Below, in pieces: positions 19,452-29,531 of a stretch of DNA of 58,012 nt. Below the pieces are notes generated by a model, which was not told the origin of the DNA, did not search any database, and worked only from the letters and a program-made list of their open reading frames with translations. Each line of letters opens with the position of its first letter. Positions within the stretch are counted from its first letter, which is position 1. This DNA comes from Acidimicrobiales bacterium (lineage in GTDB: Bacteria; Actinomycetota; Acidimicrobiia; Acidimicrobiales; SZUA-35). The position numbers and the translations under genes are program-made. Where the stretch lies: assembly GCA_024638815.1 (NCBI GenBank), contig JAHEJM010000013.1, positions 1 through 58,012 on the forward strand. The letters are read 5' to 3'.

Positions 19452-20827
19452 CCGAATCCCCGAGTTCCCCGCCGTCGTCGCGCCCGGCGACGCTCCGGCT
19501 TCTGGCCGATCAGGTGCTGGTCGAAGCCGCCTACGACCGCCGGCCGGAGCTGTTGACGAACGGGGCGGTCGACATCGGCGCCGACGGCCGCATCGTGGCC
19601 GCCGGGCCACTCGACGTTCTCGACGCCGGTTCCACCGGCGGCGGGCGGAATCGGCCGGAGACCGTGCTGAACCTCGGCGGCCTGCTCATGCCGGGACTGA
19701 TCAACGCCCACGCCCACACCCCGATGACGCTGCTCCGCTCGGTCGGCGACGGTCTGCCCCTCGACCGGTGGCTCTCGGAGGGGGTGTGGCCTCGGGAAGG
19801 GCGGATGGAACCGGAGGACGCCTTCTGGGGGATGACGGTGGGCCTGGCCGAGATGTTGAGCGCCGGGGTGACCACCAGCTGCGAGATGTACCTGTTCGAG
19901 GATGACATCGTGGATGCGGTGGCTCGGGCCGGATCAAGGGTGGTGATGACCCCCGGCGTGATCGCCGCCCTGCTCCCCGGAGGGGAGGTCGAGGGTCGCA
20001 TCGAGCAGATCGTCGAATTCCACCACAGCCATCACGACCCCGAATCCGGCATCCACGTCGGGTTCGCTCCCCACTCCGTGTACGACCTCACCCCCGATCA
20101 ATGCGGCCTCATCGCTCGTCACGCCCGCGACGCAGGAGCCCTCTATCACATTCATCTCGAAGAGACCGAAGCCGAACGACAGCTGATCATCGACACCTAC
20201 GGCGCCTCCGCCACCCGGGTGTTGGCCGATGCCGGAGTGTTCGAGGCCAAGGTCCTGGCCGCCCACGCCATTTGGCTGGACGAAACCGACCGCCGACTCC
20301 TGGCTGATGCCGGCGCCGCGGTGGCTCATTGCCCCCAGTCGAATCTGAAGCTGGGCTCGGGAATCGCCCCCACCGTCGAGCTGCTGAGGGCGGGAATCAA
20401 GGTCGGGCTCGGCACCGACGGACCGGCGTCGAACGACAGCCTCGATCTGTGGCAGGAACTGAAGCTGGCCCCGCTGCTGGCCCGGGGTAGCAGCCGGGAT
20501 CCGCTGGCCATGTCGCCGGCCACCGCGCTGGCCATGGCCACCACCATGGCCGCCGACAGCCTCGGCCTGGACGACATGGGCCGGCTCAAGCCGGGGGCCT
20601 GGGCCGACATCATCCGCATCGAACTCGACCATCCGGCTCTGACGCCGGGGATTGGGGACGACCTGCTCAGTCATCTGGTCTTCGCCGGCTCGGCCCGTTT
20701 CGTGAGCGATGTCTGGGTGGCCGGCCGGCGCGTCGTCGAGCGCGGTCGGCTGTTGAGCATTGATGTCGACGAGGCTCTGCACCAAGCCCGGGTTCGAGGC
20801 CGGCGTCTGGCCCACACCCTCTCCTGA
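19448..20827 (+). CDS. mtaD: Amidohydrolase, MTA/SAH deaminase family
   Basis: PGLINAHAH, APHSVY, HIHLEET, AAH, HCPQSNLKLGSG, GLGTDGPASN. Confidence 0.82.
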   Translation: MTESPSSPPSSRPATLRLLADQVLVEAAYDRRPELLTNGAVDIGADGRIVAAGPLDVLDAGSTGGGRNRPETVLNLGGLLMPGLINAHAHTPMTLLRSVGDGLPLDRWLSEGVWPREGRMEPEDAFWGMTVGLAEMLSAGVTTSCEMYLFEDDIVDAVARAGSRVVMTPGVIAALLPGGEVEGRIEQIVEFHHSHHDPESGIHVGFAPHSVYDLTPDQCGLIARHARDAGALYHIHLEETEAERQLIIDTYGASATRVLADAGVFEAKVLAAHAIWLDETDRRLLADAGAAVAHCPQSNLKLGSGIAPTVELLRAGIKVGLGTDGPASNDSLDLWQELKLAPLLARGSSRDPLAMSPATALAMATTMAADSLGLDDMGRLKPGAWADIIRIELDHPALTPGIGDDLLSHLVFAGSARFVSDVWVAGRRVVERGRLLSIDVDEALHQARVRGRRLAHTLS

Positions 20828-20950
20828 GTGGTAGGTCCTGAGCGGTGGATCCCGAGTGCTGGATCCTGGGTGGCGGGTGGGCCACCAGCGGCACGGGATC
20901 CAGAACCGTGGACGGCGCAACCGGGTCGAGGCCGGTTCAGCCCGGGCTGC

Positions 20951-21994
20951 TCACCGCAGCGTGATGGTCCCTGTGCCCGGCACCGGCGAGGTCGAACCAA
21001 TGTGGGCGGCGTCATGGCCGGTTGTGGTCAACGAGTCGAGCACCTCGACGGTGGCCGCCGGGTCCACGGCGAACACCAGCCCGCCCGAGGTCTGGGCGTC
21101 GGCCAGTAACAGGGCGTCGGACGGATCCCGGCCGCCGATGTCCAGCTGGTGGGTCGTCGACTCCAGATTGCGGCGTGACCCACCGGGTAGATAGTCGCCG
21201 GCCAGGAGTTCCCGCACCCCGGGCAACACTGGAACAGCATCGACCTCGATGGTGACGTCCACCGCCGATTCCAGGGCGGCCCGGCCGAGATGGCCCAGCA
21301 GCCCGAACCCGGTGATGTCGGTGGCCCCCGTGGCCCCCGCGGCCAGGGCAACCCGAGATGCCTCGTCGTTGAGTCGGATCATCGACGTCACCGCTGCGTT
21401 CCAGACGGCGCCTCCGGTCCGCGCCGCCTCCGCCCCCCGCTTGATGGCGGTCGAGATGATGCCGATGCCGAGAGGCTTGGTGAGGATGACATCCTGGCCG
21501 GGACGGAATCCGGCGTTGGTGAGCAGCCGTTCGGGGTGGGCCTCACCCACCACGGCCAGTCCGAACTTGGGCTCCGGATCGTCGACGGTATGGCCGCCGG
21601 CGATCACGAACCCTCCGGCGGCGGCGATGTCGGACGCCCCCTGCAACACCTGACCGAGCAGATCGGTTGGCAACTCGTCGCGATTCCAGCCCACCAGGTT
21701 CAGGGCCAGCAGGGGACGACCGCCCATGGCGTAGACATCGGAGACGGCGTTGGCCGCGGCGATCTGGCCCCAGACGAAGGCGTCGTCGACCAGGGGTGTG
21801 ATGAAGTCGGCGGTGACGATGAGTGCTCGATCGGCATCGAGCTTCCACACCGCGGCGTCGTCGCCGGTGGTGGCATCGACGAGCAGTCGTTCGTCGTCGA
21901 CAGGGGGAAGGGAGCGCAACACGTGCGCCAGCTCAGAAGGGCTGAGCTTGCAGGCTCAACCGGCACCGTGGCTGAACTCGGTCAGTCGTCGCAT
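20951..21994 (-). CDS. selD: Selenide, water dikinase, selenocysteine-containing (UGA at codon 13)
   Basis: SD GGAGGT + ATG 21994: MRRLTEFSHGAG-UGA-ACKLSP in frame with DDAAV, DFITP.VDD, NAVSDVYAMGG, GGHT, TDITGFGLLGH, DAQTSGGL. Confidence 0.93.
21928..21955 (-). promoter_or_regulatory. Candidate SECIS hairpin of selD
   Basis: mRNA after UGA: GCCUGCA-AGCUCAG-CCCUU-CUGAGCU-GG. Confidence 0.55.
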
Positions 21995-22237
21995 CGGGTC
22001 ACCTCCTTCCGGCCTTCTCCGGCGGTCGTGTCGGAACCATCTCGCCGCGACAGCACCGTTCCGGACGGGCTGTGGCGGTCACATCCTAGTGCTGCGAATC
22101 GGAGGAGACGCCGGCCGGTCACAAGCCGATCGACGAGAACACGGTGCGATCGGTCCTGGCCGTCGGCCCGTCATCTCGACGGCGACGGCGTGTGTTCGGG
22201 CAGAACTGCGGGAAAAAGTGCCGTATGATCAATCGTC

Positions 22238-24265
22238 GTGGTTCCTCCAACCTCGGTGACGTCGATTGCCTCGGTGCCCTGGCTGGGCCCCCGGCTGCTG
22301 TTGCGCCTTCATCGCCGTGGATTGGGGTTCGCCCGGATGGACTGGTGGGAGCTGACCAGGGCCGTCGATCGGCACCGACCCCGGGTTCTCAGTCTCGATG
22401 TCTTCGATACCTGCCTGATCCGGGACCTGGCCACCGACCGGCCCATCGAGGCGGCCGTCGTTCACCGCCGTTCGCCCGACGAACAACCCGAAGTGGATCA
22501 TGCCGAGGTGTTGGAGAGGGAGATGTGCCGCCCGGTGCCCGGCGCGGTACGGGCCCTGCCCCGGATCCGGGCCGCCGGAACCCGCATCGTGTTCGTCTCC
22601 GATACCGACCGCTCGTCGCAGCTGCTGACCGAACTGTTGCGGACCCATGGTCTGCTTCAGCCCGATGATCTGGTTTTCGCGTCGTGCGAGGAGGGGGCGA
22701 CCAAGGCCGGGGGAGAGCTGCTGGAGAAGGTGTTCGGATCCGACGGGCCGATCATCGGCCACAAATCCGGTACAACCGGGTTGCTCCGGACGTCGGATAT
22801 CTGGCATGCCGGCAACAACCCGTGGGCCGACGGGACGATGGCGGCCAAGGCCGGGATCCGCCCGATCGAGCTGCCGGAGGCCGAACTCAACCGGTACGAG
22901 GCAGCGGTTGCCACCGAGACCACCGGACTGGGGGCAGCCGTTGCCGGTGCGGCCCGGCAGGTCCGGTTGGAGATCGATTGCGATGCCCGATCCGGAGTGC
23001 TGTCAACCCATCAGGCCGAAGTCCAGATGCTGGGGGCCGACATCGCCGGACAGGCCCTGATCGCCTTCGACCTCTGGGTGGCCGAGCAGTGTCGCCAGGC
23101 CGACGTCGATCACATTGCCTTCCTGGCCCGCGACGGAGAACTTCCCCTGCTGGTGGCCCAGGCCATGCCGGCCGACCATTGGAGTGGTCGGCCTATGAGC
23201 TATCTGTACTGTTCACGGATGATCTGGGGGTTGGCCTCGGCCTCGGCCGTCGGTGTCGAGCGCTGGTTGGCAGCGGGCACCACGGACGATCAGGCCTTTC
23301 TCGAAGTGAACCGTCACGACATCCCGTTTGATCTGCTGTTGAGCCGTATCGGGCTCGACGCCGACGAACTGGTTGAGTTGCCGGCAGCGACGAGGTTGCG
23401 GACCGTCCCCCTCGACAGGCCGCTGCCGGAGGATGCGGTCGACGCCTGGCATGAGCTGTTGTTCGACGCCGAGGTTGGACGGCTGATTCTGGAACGATCC
23501 CGGCACCGACGGGAACTCCTGACCGACTATCTCCGTTCCCAGGGTGTCGATCGGGGGCGGCTGGCACTGGTCGATGTCGGGTGGCGGGGTCGGCTAGCAT
23601 GGCATATCTCCTCCGTCCTGCGGGATCTCACCGATCACGAGCCGATCCATCTCCATTTCGGTGGCGACAAGGTCATTCCCGAGGTCGATCGGACCATCGA
23701 TATCCGTCGGTTCGCCTTCGACGGTTTCACCGAGCCTGCGGTGCTGTCGGGACCGGTGTCGTGCGTGGAAACGCTGACCGCCTCGGGCAAGCCCAGAGTG
23801 ATCGATTACCGCCGCGACGAATCGGGAGAGGTGGAGCTGGTCTTCGGCCTGGCCACCGGCCCGGAGCACGGCGATCGGGTCGACCTCTGGAACGGCGCCC
23901 TCCGGGTGGCGGCCGCCCTGCCGTCGGCCAAGGACCTCGACAGCTGGGGAATCGGCCACAGTGATCTCGGACCACATGTCGCCGAACTTCTCCGACGCTG
24001 GTGGGATGATCCCACTCCGGCCGAGGCCCGGGCTCTGGCCCGGCTGGCCTTCGAGCACGACGAGGCGGGGACGGCCATGCGGCCATTGGCCACCCCGTAC
24101 TCGCTGTCGGAGGTGCTTGCCCCGTCGGCCCGACAGTGGCCGCAGGGCTCGGAGGCCATCACCCCCGGGCCCCTTCGATTCCTGGTTCGGGCCGCCCGGT
24201 CGGTCAAGACCCGGATAGGTTCGCCCGGGCCGAGCTCCGGAGTCCTGGGACGGGGCCGATCGTGA
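22238..24265 (+). CDS. HAD-superfamily hydrolase domain protein (type often seen in surface-glycan loci)
   Basis: SLDVFDTCLIR, FVSD, FASCE.GATK, WHAGNN..AD, FLARDG, LVDVGWRG; start uncertain. Confidence 0.72.
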   Translation: MVPPTSVTSIASVPWLGPRLLLRLHRRGLGFARMDWWELTRAVDRHRPRVLSLDVFDTCLIRDLATDRPIEAAVVHRRSPDEQPEVDHAEVLEREMCRPVPGAVRALPRIRAAGTRIVFVSDTDRSSQLLTELLRTHGLLQPDDLVFASCEEGATKAGGELLEKVFGSDGPIIGHKSGTTGLLRTSDIWHAGNNPWADGTMAAKAGIRPIELPEAELNRYEAAVATETTGLGAAVAGAARQVRLEIDCDARSGVLSTHQAEVQMLGADIAGQALIAFDLWVAEQCRQADVDHIAFLARDGELPLLVAQAMPADHWSGRPMSYLYCSRMIWGLASASAVGVERWLAAGTTDDQAFLEVNRHDIPFDLLLSRIGLDADELVELPAATRLRTVPLDRPLPEDAVDAWHELLFDAEVGRLILERSRHRRELLTDYLRSQGVDRGRLALVDVGWRGRLAWHISSVLRDLTDHEPIHLHFGGDKVIPEVDRTIDIRRFAFDGFTEPAVLSGPVSCVETLTASGKPRVIDYRRDESGEVELVFGLATGPEHGDRVDLWNGALRVAAALPSAKDLDSWGIGHSDLGPHVAELLRRWWDDPTPAEARALARLAFEHDEAGTAMRPLATPYSLSEVLAPSARQWPQGSEAITPGPLRFLVRAARSVKTRIGSPGPSSGVLGRGRS

Positions 24266-24954
24266 CGACCGCAACACGGCCACGTTCGGAACTGCGACGG
24301 TTGGTCGGTACGGCCGCTCCCGTGCTGGTGGCAACAATCCTCGTTCTGTCCGGGGCGCTGCTGGTGGGTCGTGTCGCACTGCTGTCGGCATGGAGTGGGC
24401 GCTACGGGTCCACGGGTGTCTTCCAGGTCGACCAGTGCGAAGCCGCCGGGGGCCGAGTGAGCCGGCAGTGGCGATGCCAGGGCGAGCTCACCCTGGCCGA
24501 CGACGCCGGCCGGGCTCGCTCCGTGCTGATCGCCTCCCGTGACACCATCACGTCGTTTCGACCCTATGTGGGACAGCGCCTCGAGGTTTTCTTTCGGGAT
24601 GACAACATCGGACGGGTCTACCCCCAGCGTTCCCAGCTGGCCGAACTGACTCGCCTGTTCTTTTCCCTCTTTCCCCGCCTGCTGCTATTCCTCGGCTCCT
24701 TGACCTGGCTCTTCGGCTGGCTGTTACAGAACACGGGCAAGCCGTACAGCCACCCGACCCTGGTCATGGTCGAGGGTTTGCGCCCCCGAGATCGCCGCTT
24801 CCTGATCGCCGGCGACCGCCTGGGTCGCCTACGGCGCTACTCGCCCCAGCGACTGAAGAAACGGGGTCAGGCGTGGATGTTGACCGGCATGGTCAGCGTG
24901 GTGATCCTCACCTTGCTGATGCGGTACGTGGTGGGGTCGCTGGGAATCGCATGA
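24262..24954 (+). CDS. Hypothetical membrane protein
   Basis: GTGA overlap; three TM segments; paired Cys in an extracytoplasmic loop. Confidence 0.65.
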   Translation: MTTATRPRSELRRLVGTAAPVLVATILVLSGALLVGRVALLSAWSGRYGSTGVFQVDQCEAAGGRVSRQWRCQGELTLADDAGRARSVLIASRDTITSFRPYVGQRLEVFFRDDNIGRVYPQRSQLAELTRLFFSLFPRLLLFLGSLTWLFGWLLQNTGKPYSHPTLVMVEGLRPRDRRFLIAGDRLGRLRRYSPQRLKKRGQAWMLTGMVSVVILTLLMRYVVGSLGIA

Positions 24955-26438
24955 CCGGCCCGGCGTCGTCGGCCGAGCGATTCGACGTGATCGTCGTCGG
25001 CGCCGGGGCCTGCGGCTGTGTTTTGGCCCGGCGTCTGGCCGAGGTCGGGCTTCGGACGGTCTTGCTGGAGGAAGGGCCTCCGGGTCCGTTGCCTCCGGCC
25101 CTGGCACGGGGACACATCGGGGCCGGGCCCGAGAGCGCCCCCGACTGGTTCCGGACATCGGCCGAGGTATCGACCACGGACGGTGGGCCTCGCATCCCGT
25201 ACCTCCAGGGCCGGGGCATGGGGGGTGGATCGGCGGTCAACGGCATGGTGCTGTCGGCCGGGACCGAGACCGACTACACCAGCTGGAGTCGACGGCTCGA
25301 TGACGGCAAGCCACCACGGCTCGGCATCGAACGGTGGTTGCAGCGGGCGCTCGACCGGCTCCGACCGGAAACGAGCCGACCCGGTCCCGTGGCCGAGGCC
25401 TTCGACCGGGTGGTGGGGGACCGTTGGGGACTCGTTCACGGCCCGAACTCGTCGGTGCTCGGCGGTCGGGGTCTCCTCCCGGTGGCCGTCGCCCGCCGGA
25501 ACCGCAACCGATTGACGGCGGCCAACGCCTATCTCGAGATTCCGGTGCTCGTCAGACCCCGGACGGCGGTACGGCGACTCGACCACGGGAGCGCACGGAT
25601 CACCGGGGTCATCACCACCTCCGGAGACCGGCTGAGGGCCGATCACGTGGTGCTGTGTGCCGGGCCCCTCCAGTCGCCGGCGGTGCTGATGAGGTCCGGC
25701 CTGGTCGGCGGCACCGGCACCGAAGCGAGCCGGTCATCCATCAGCTGGCGAGGCTTGGACCATCCGGCCATCGGCCTTGGCTTCGACTGGCCTTCGTCCG
25801 CCCACACCCCATCGACCATCGCCGAGGTTCGGCGCCTGGCCCGAGGTCACGTCGGCTCGGGGCCGCGGGCCGTCGATATCACGGTTCAGATCATGGGTCC
25901 GTTCCCCGCCCCCACCGGGTTGACGGGTCTGGTTCTGGCCATGACCGAACCGATGGGGGCGCCGGTCGAGGTGGCGGTGTCGGTCGACGGACCGGCCACC
26001 ATCGGCCGCCGATGGCTGCATCCCGCCCAACCCGAACGGGTCGGCATGACCCCTTGGCTCGTGAGGGAGCTGGTCCACGTGGCCAACGCCCTGGTGACCG
26101 AGCTCCACCCCGGCCCGGATCATGATGGAACCGCTGCCTACATCGACGACATCGGCAGCCCGGCGGCCACCCTGGTCGAGCAGTCCGACGATGGCATCAA
26201 GGCCTGGATGGAACGCCGTCCCGCACCCCTGTACCACCTGGCCGGCACACTAACCGAGTCGACCGACATCGTTCGGCTCGATCCTGACCAACCGGGTTCG
26301 ATCGACGGCGTGGCCGGCCTGACCATCGCCGACAGCTCCACCATGCCTGGCCTGGTCGGCGGCGGTGTCCAGCTGGCGGCCATGGCTTGGGCCGAATTCG
26401 TGGCCCAGGATCTTGTCGATCGACTGACCGACCAATGA
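24951..26438 (+). CDS. GMC-family FAD oxidoreductase
   Basis: DVIVVGAGACG, GRGMGGGSAVNG, VVLCAG...SP..LMRSG, YHLAGT, GL.IADSS.MP. Confidence 0.88.
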   Translation: MTGPASSAERFDVIVVGAGACGCVLARRLAEVGLRTVLLEEGPPGPLPPALARGHIGAGPESAPDWFRTSAEVSTTDGGPRIPYLQGRGMGGGSAVNGMVLSAGTETDYTSWSRRLDDGKPPRLGIERWLQRALDRLRPETSRPGPVAEAFDRVVGDRWGLVHGPNSSVLGGRGLLPVAVARRNRNRLTAANAYLEIPVLVRPRTAVRRLDHGSARITGVITTSGDRLRADHVVLCAGPLQSPAVLMRSGLVGGTGTEASRSSISWRGLDHPAIGLGFDWPSSAHTPSTIAEVRRLARGHVGSGPRAVDITVQIMGPFPAPTGLTGLVLAMTEPMGAPVEVAVSVDGPATIGRRWLHPAQPERVGMTPWLVRELVHVANALVTELHPGPDHDGTAAYIDDIGSPAATLVEQSDDGIKAWMERRPAPLYHLAGTLTESTDIVRLDPDQPGSIDGVAGLTIADSSTMPGLVGGGVQLAAMAWAEFVAQDLVDRLTDQ

Positions 26439-26506
26439 ACGACGGTGCCGGGATCGAGGCCGGATGATGACCCACGCCGGCTCACCGCCGGATCGGGGTT
26501 GAGTCG

Positions 26507-26992
26507 CTACCGATCGACGCAGTTCTCACACAAGCCGACCAGATCGACTCGATGGTGGTCGGTGGTGAAGCGATGACGCCGAGCCGCTTCGGCCAGCGCC
26601 TGGTCGAGCTGTCGCTCCACATCCGAGGGCAGGCTGACATCGGTGATGGCGCCGCAGCCGCGGCAGACCAGATGATGATGGTGGTGACCGGTGATCTCTT
26701 CTGTCAGTTCGAACCGGGCGTGGTCATCGGTGGTCACGATGCGATGGACCACGCCGGCCTCTTCGAGAACGACCAGGCTCCGATAGGTCGAACTCTGGGC
26801 CAGGGCGTGGTCATGGTTCAGGATCTCGGCGATGGTCGACGGTCCGCAGTGCAGCAGGGCACCGACCACGAGGCGCCGGTTCCTGGTGTAGCGCTGGCTG
26901 AACACCTGCAGCTTGGCCGCAGCCAGCTGATGGACGTCATCATCGTCGAACCCGGCAGAAAGCAGCGGGATCCCATCGCCCTCGAGTGCCAT
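26507..26992 (-). CDS. Fur-family metalloregulator (Zur-like)
   Basis: SSTYRSL..LEE.G.V, HHHHHLVCRGCG, C-terminal GLCENC. Confidence 0.9.
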   Translation of the reverse strand: MALEGDGIPLLSAGFDDDDVHQLAAAKLQVFSQRYTRNRRLVVGALLHCGPSTIAEILNHDHALAQSSTYRSLVVLEEAGVVHRIVTTDDHARFELTEEITGHHHHHLVCRGCGAITDVSLPSDVERQLDQALAEAARRHRFTTDHHRVDLVGLCENCVDR

Positions 26993-27211
26993 TCATCCAC
27001 CCTACTGCCCGATTCCGGGCCGGCCGATTCCCGCCGGGTCGTTCTTGCACGGTTGTCGTCAGTGTCCGGGCCTCATCGTCATACACTGGGTAAGGGAACG
27101 ACGTGAGTCCACGCGCCGAAACGCTGTGATATCACGTTGGCCCTCGACGACATTGGTCGTCGTCCGAATGTCTGACCGTCGGGATCTCGACGGTGGAAGG
27201 AAGCACAAGAT

Positions 27212-27919
27212 ATGGAATCCATCCAGGCTCCGATGACTCCGGTCATTCAAGCCGACGAGGCCACCAGGATCACGTTTCTGGTTCGGGTCTACCAGCACCT
27301 GGCGCTGGCCGTCGCAGCCTTCATCGGCTTCGAAACGGTGCTGTTCACCCTGGGTGTCGCCGAGGCCTTCTACAACTTCCTGGCCACCACCGGTGGTATG
27401 GCCTGGCTGCTGATTCTCGGTGGCTTCGCCATCGTCAGCGCCATTGCTTCCCGATCGGCCCACCAGCTCGGAAACATGAGTGCCCAGTACGGGGCGCTGT
27501 TCGCCATGGCGCTGGCCGAGGCCGTCATCTTCGCCCCGTTCCTCTATCTGGTCTTCAACAGTGGTGACGGGGGTACGCTCACCGTGGCATCGGCCGCGGC
27601 GGTGACCGGGCTCGGGTTCGCCGCACTCTCCATGGTGGCCATGGTGACCAAGCGGGACCTGTCACCACTCCGTCCCCTGCTGCTGTGGGGTGGGATCGCC
27701 GCCATCGGTCTCATCGTCGCCGCCACCCTGTTCGGCTTCCAACTCGGTGCCATCTTCTCGGTGGCCATGGTCGGGCTGGCCGGCGCATCCATCCTCTACC
27801 AGACCCAGGCCATCATCCGCCAGTACCCGGAGTGGGCCTACGTCGGGGCCGCAGTGTCGCTGTTCGGCTCACTGATGATGATGTTCTGGTACATCCTCCG
27901 ACTGTTCGCCCGGGACTGA
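27212..27919 (+). CDS. Bax inhibitor-1/YccA-family membrane protein
   Basis: R..FL.RVY.HL, seven TMs, ILYQTQ.I, YV.AAVSLF...MFWYILR. Confidence 0.88.
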   Translation: MESIQAPMTPVIQADEATRITFLVRVYQHLALAVAAFIGFETVLFTLGVAEAFYNFLATTGGMAWLLILGGFAIVSAIASRSAHQLGNMSAQYGALFAMALAEAVIFAPFLYLVFNSGDGGTLTVASAAAVTGLGFAALSMVAMVTKRDLSPLRPLLLWGGIAAIGLIVAATLFGFQLGAIFSVAMVGLAGASILYQTQAIIRQYPEWAYVGAAVSLFGSLMMMFWYILRLFARD

Positions 27920-28173
27920 CCGAGCCCGTCGATCGGCGACTTCGAGAGAGTAGTCGCATCGAGATGGTACCTGGATCGGCGGTGGCCGATCCGTGATCGA
28001 ACCGGCCCAACATGGGCCGGTTCGTCGTTTCTCCTGCCCGCTCCATCGGACGGCGGATCGGGCAGCGGCCCGATGGTAAAGACACGACAAACATGGCGGG
28101 CCATGATCGCGGACATCCATCCGACTGGGTAACATTGCCCACGCCTACTCGTCGGGTTCGCGACCATGGCCCG

Positions 28174-29298
28174 ATGAGATGACTTCTGCGTTGGTTGGCC
28201 GTCGTCGCAGCACTTGCGTTCGCCGCCGTGGTGGTCCTCCTCGGCTTGGACTCGGGTGAGGGGATGCGCCTTTCCGCCATCACCGCCGCTCCCGATGTCG
28301 ACGCCGGCGACTTCGAGCCGTCCACCGGACGCCAGGATCAGGTCGATTCGGGGGAACGACCGCCATCGGTGGGCGAGAGGCTGGTGCCGCCCGCAGTCGA
28401 CCGGATGTGGAACTCGGCGACGTCGACGGTGAGGCCATTGTCATGGATTCGGCGTCCGAAGCCCGAACCGATCGGGTGGATCCGGGCGCCGGCTTCTCCT
28501 CAATCTTGTCGAAGGAACCGACCGACAACCTAGGCTCGGCCACTCCCGAGTCGACGTCAACCCGGGCGCGACCATCGACTCCGGGCCCCTTGGTCGCCCG
28601 GGGGTCGGAAGCGGTCGGAACCGGCCGGCACCGTCGAGTCGCCCGACCGATGGTGACCGTGCCCGGTCCACGACGCCTTCCAGCGACAGCTCGGCCCCAT
28701 CACATCGGCAACGACTACGACATCAACTACGGCATCCACTACATCCTCATCCTCGGCGACGACCTCGACCACCGGCACCACCTCGAGTTCGAATCGGGGA
28801 AACGTGGTGTGGGAGGAGAACTTCGATCAGCTGAACACCGATCGGTGGCAGCCGGAGCAGTCCAGCTATGGCGACGGTAACGGCGAACGGCAGTGCTACC
28901 GACCGGAGAACGTCACGGTGGCGGGAGGCAAACTGATCCTGACCGCCCGGCACGAAACCTACAGCTGTCCCCGAACCGGCACCAGGACTGTCACCTCCGG
29001 CATGGTTCGCAGCCGGGGTCTGAGCTTCTCGCCCGGCCAGGCCATCGAGTTCCGGGTCAAGCTGACCCCGGCCGATCCCGATGACCAGGCCGGTCTGTGG
29101 CCGGCGGTGTGGGCCTCGAGCCGGACAGGCGACGGGTGGCCCCGCGGCGGCGAGATGGACTGGCTGGAGGTCATGACGGCCGAGAATCCTCGGCGCTCCA
29201 TGCACAGCATCCATTACGCCGATCCGTCGGCTGACCATGCACTGAAGCACCGCGGAGCCTACTCGACGGCTACTGCAGCGATGATGCTGAGTCTCTGA
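28174..29298 (+). pseudogene. Degraded secreted GH16 glycoside hydrolase
   Basis: ATG AGA TGA interrupts a signal-like N-terminus; frameshifts; Ser/Thr linker; GH16 motifs W.ENF, ENV.V.GG.L.LTAR, GLWPAVW, WPRGGEMDWLE; C-terminal half missing. Confidence 0.78.
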
Positions 29299-29531
29299 AC
29301 GATCTCCGTTTCCGGCCGGGATCGGTGTCGGTCGGGTCGGACCCGACTCTCGACACCCCTGACGGCGGTGGTCTATACTCCGCCCGGGCCGAGGCGGGAC
29401 GCCGGCTTGTGGCGAGCCGAGGCGACGAGCAATCATCAACATGCGGTGTGGCCAGGTCGCGACCTTTTCTCGCCCTCGCCCGTCGGCATAGCTGCAGAGT
29501 CGGGATCTTCAGGTAGCGCCAGGGAGACATC

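Noticed and set aside
28174-28182. In-frame TGA at codon 3 of the GH16 gene as selenocysteine
   Set aside because: It lies in a signal-peptide n-region where Arg (CGA) is expected, and the gene has other lesions.
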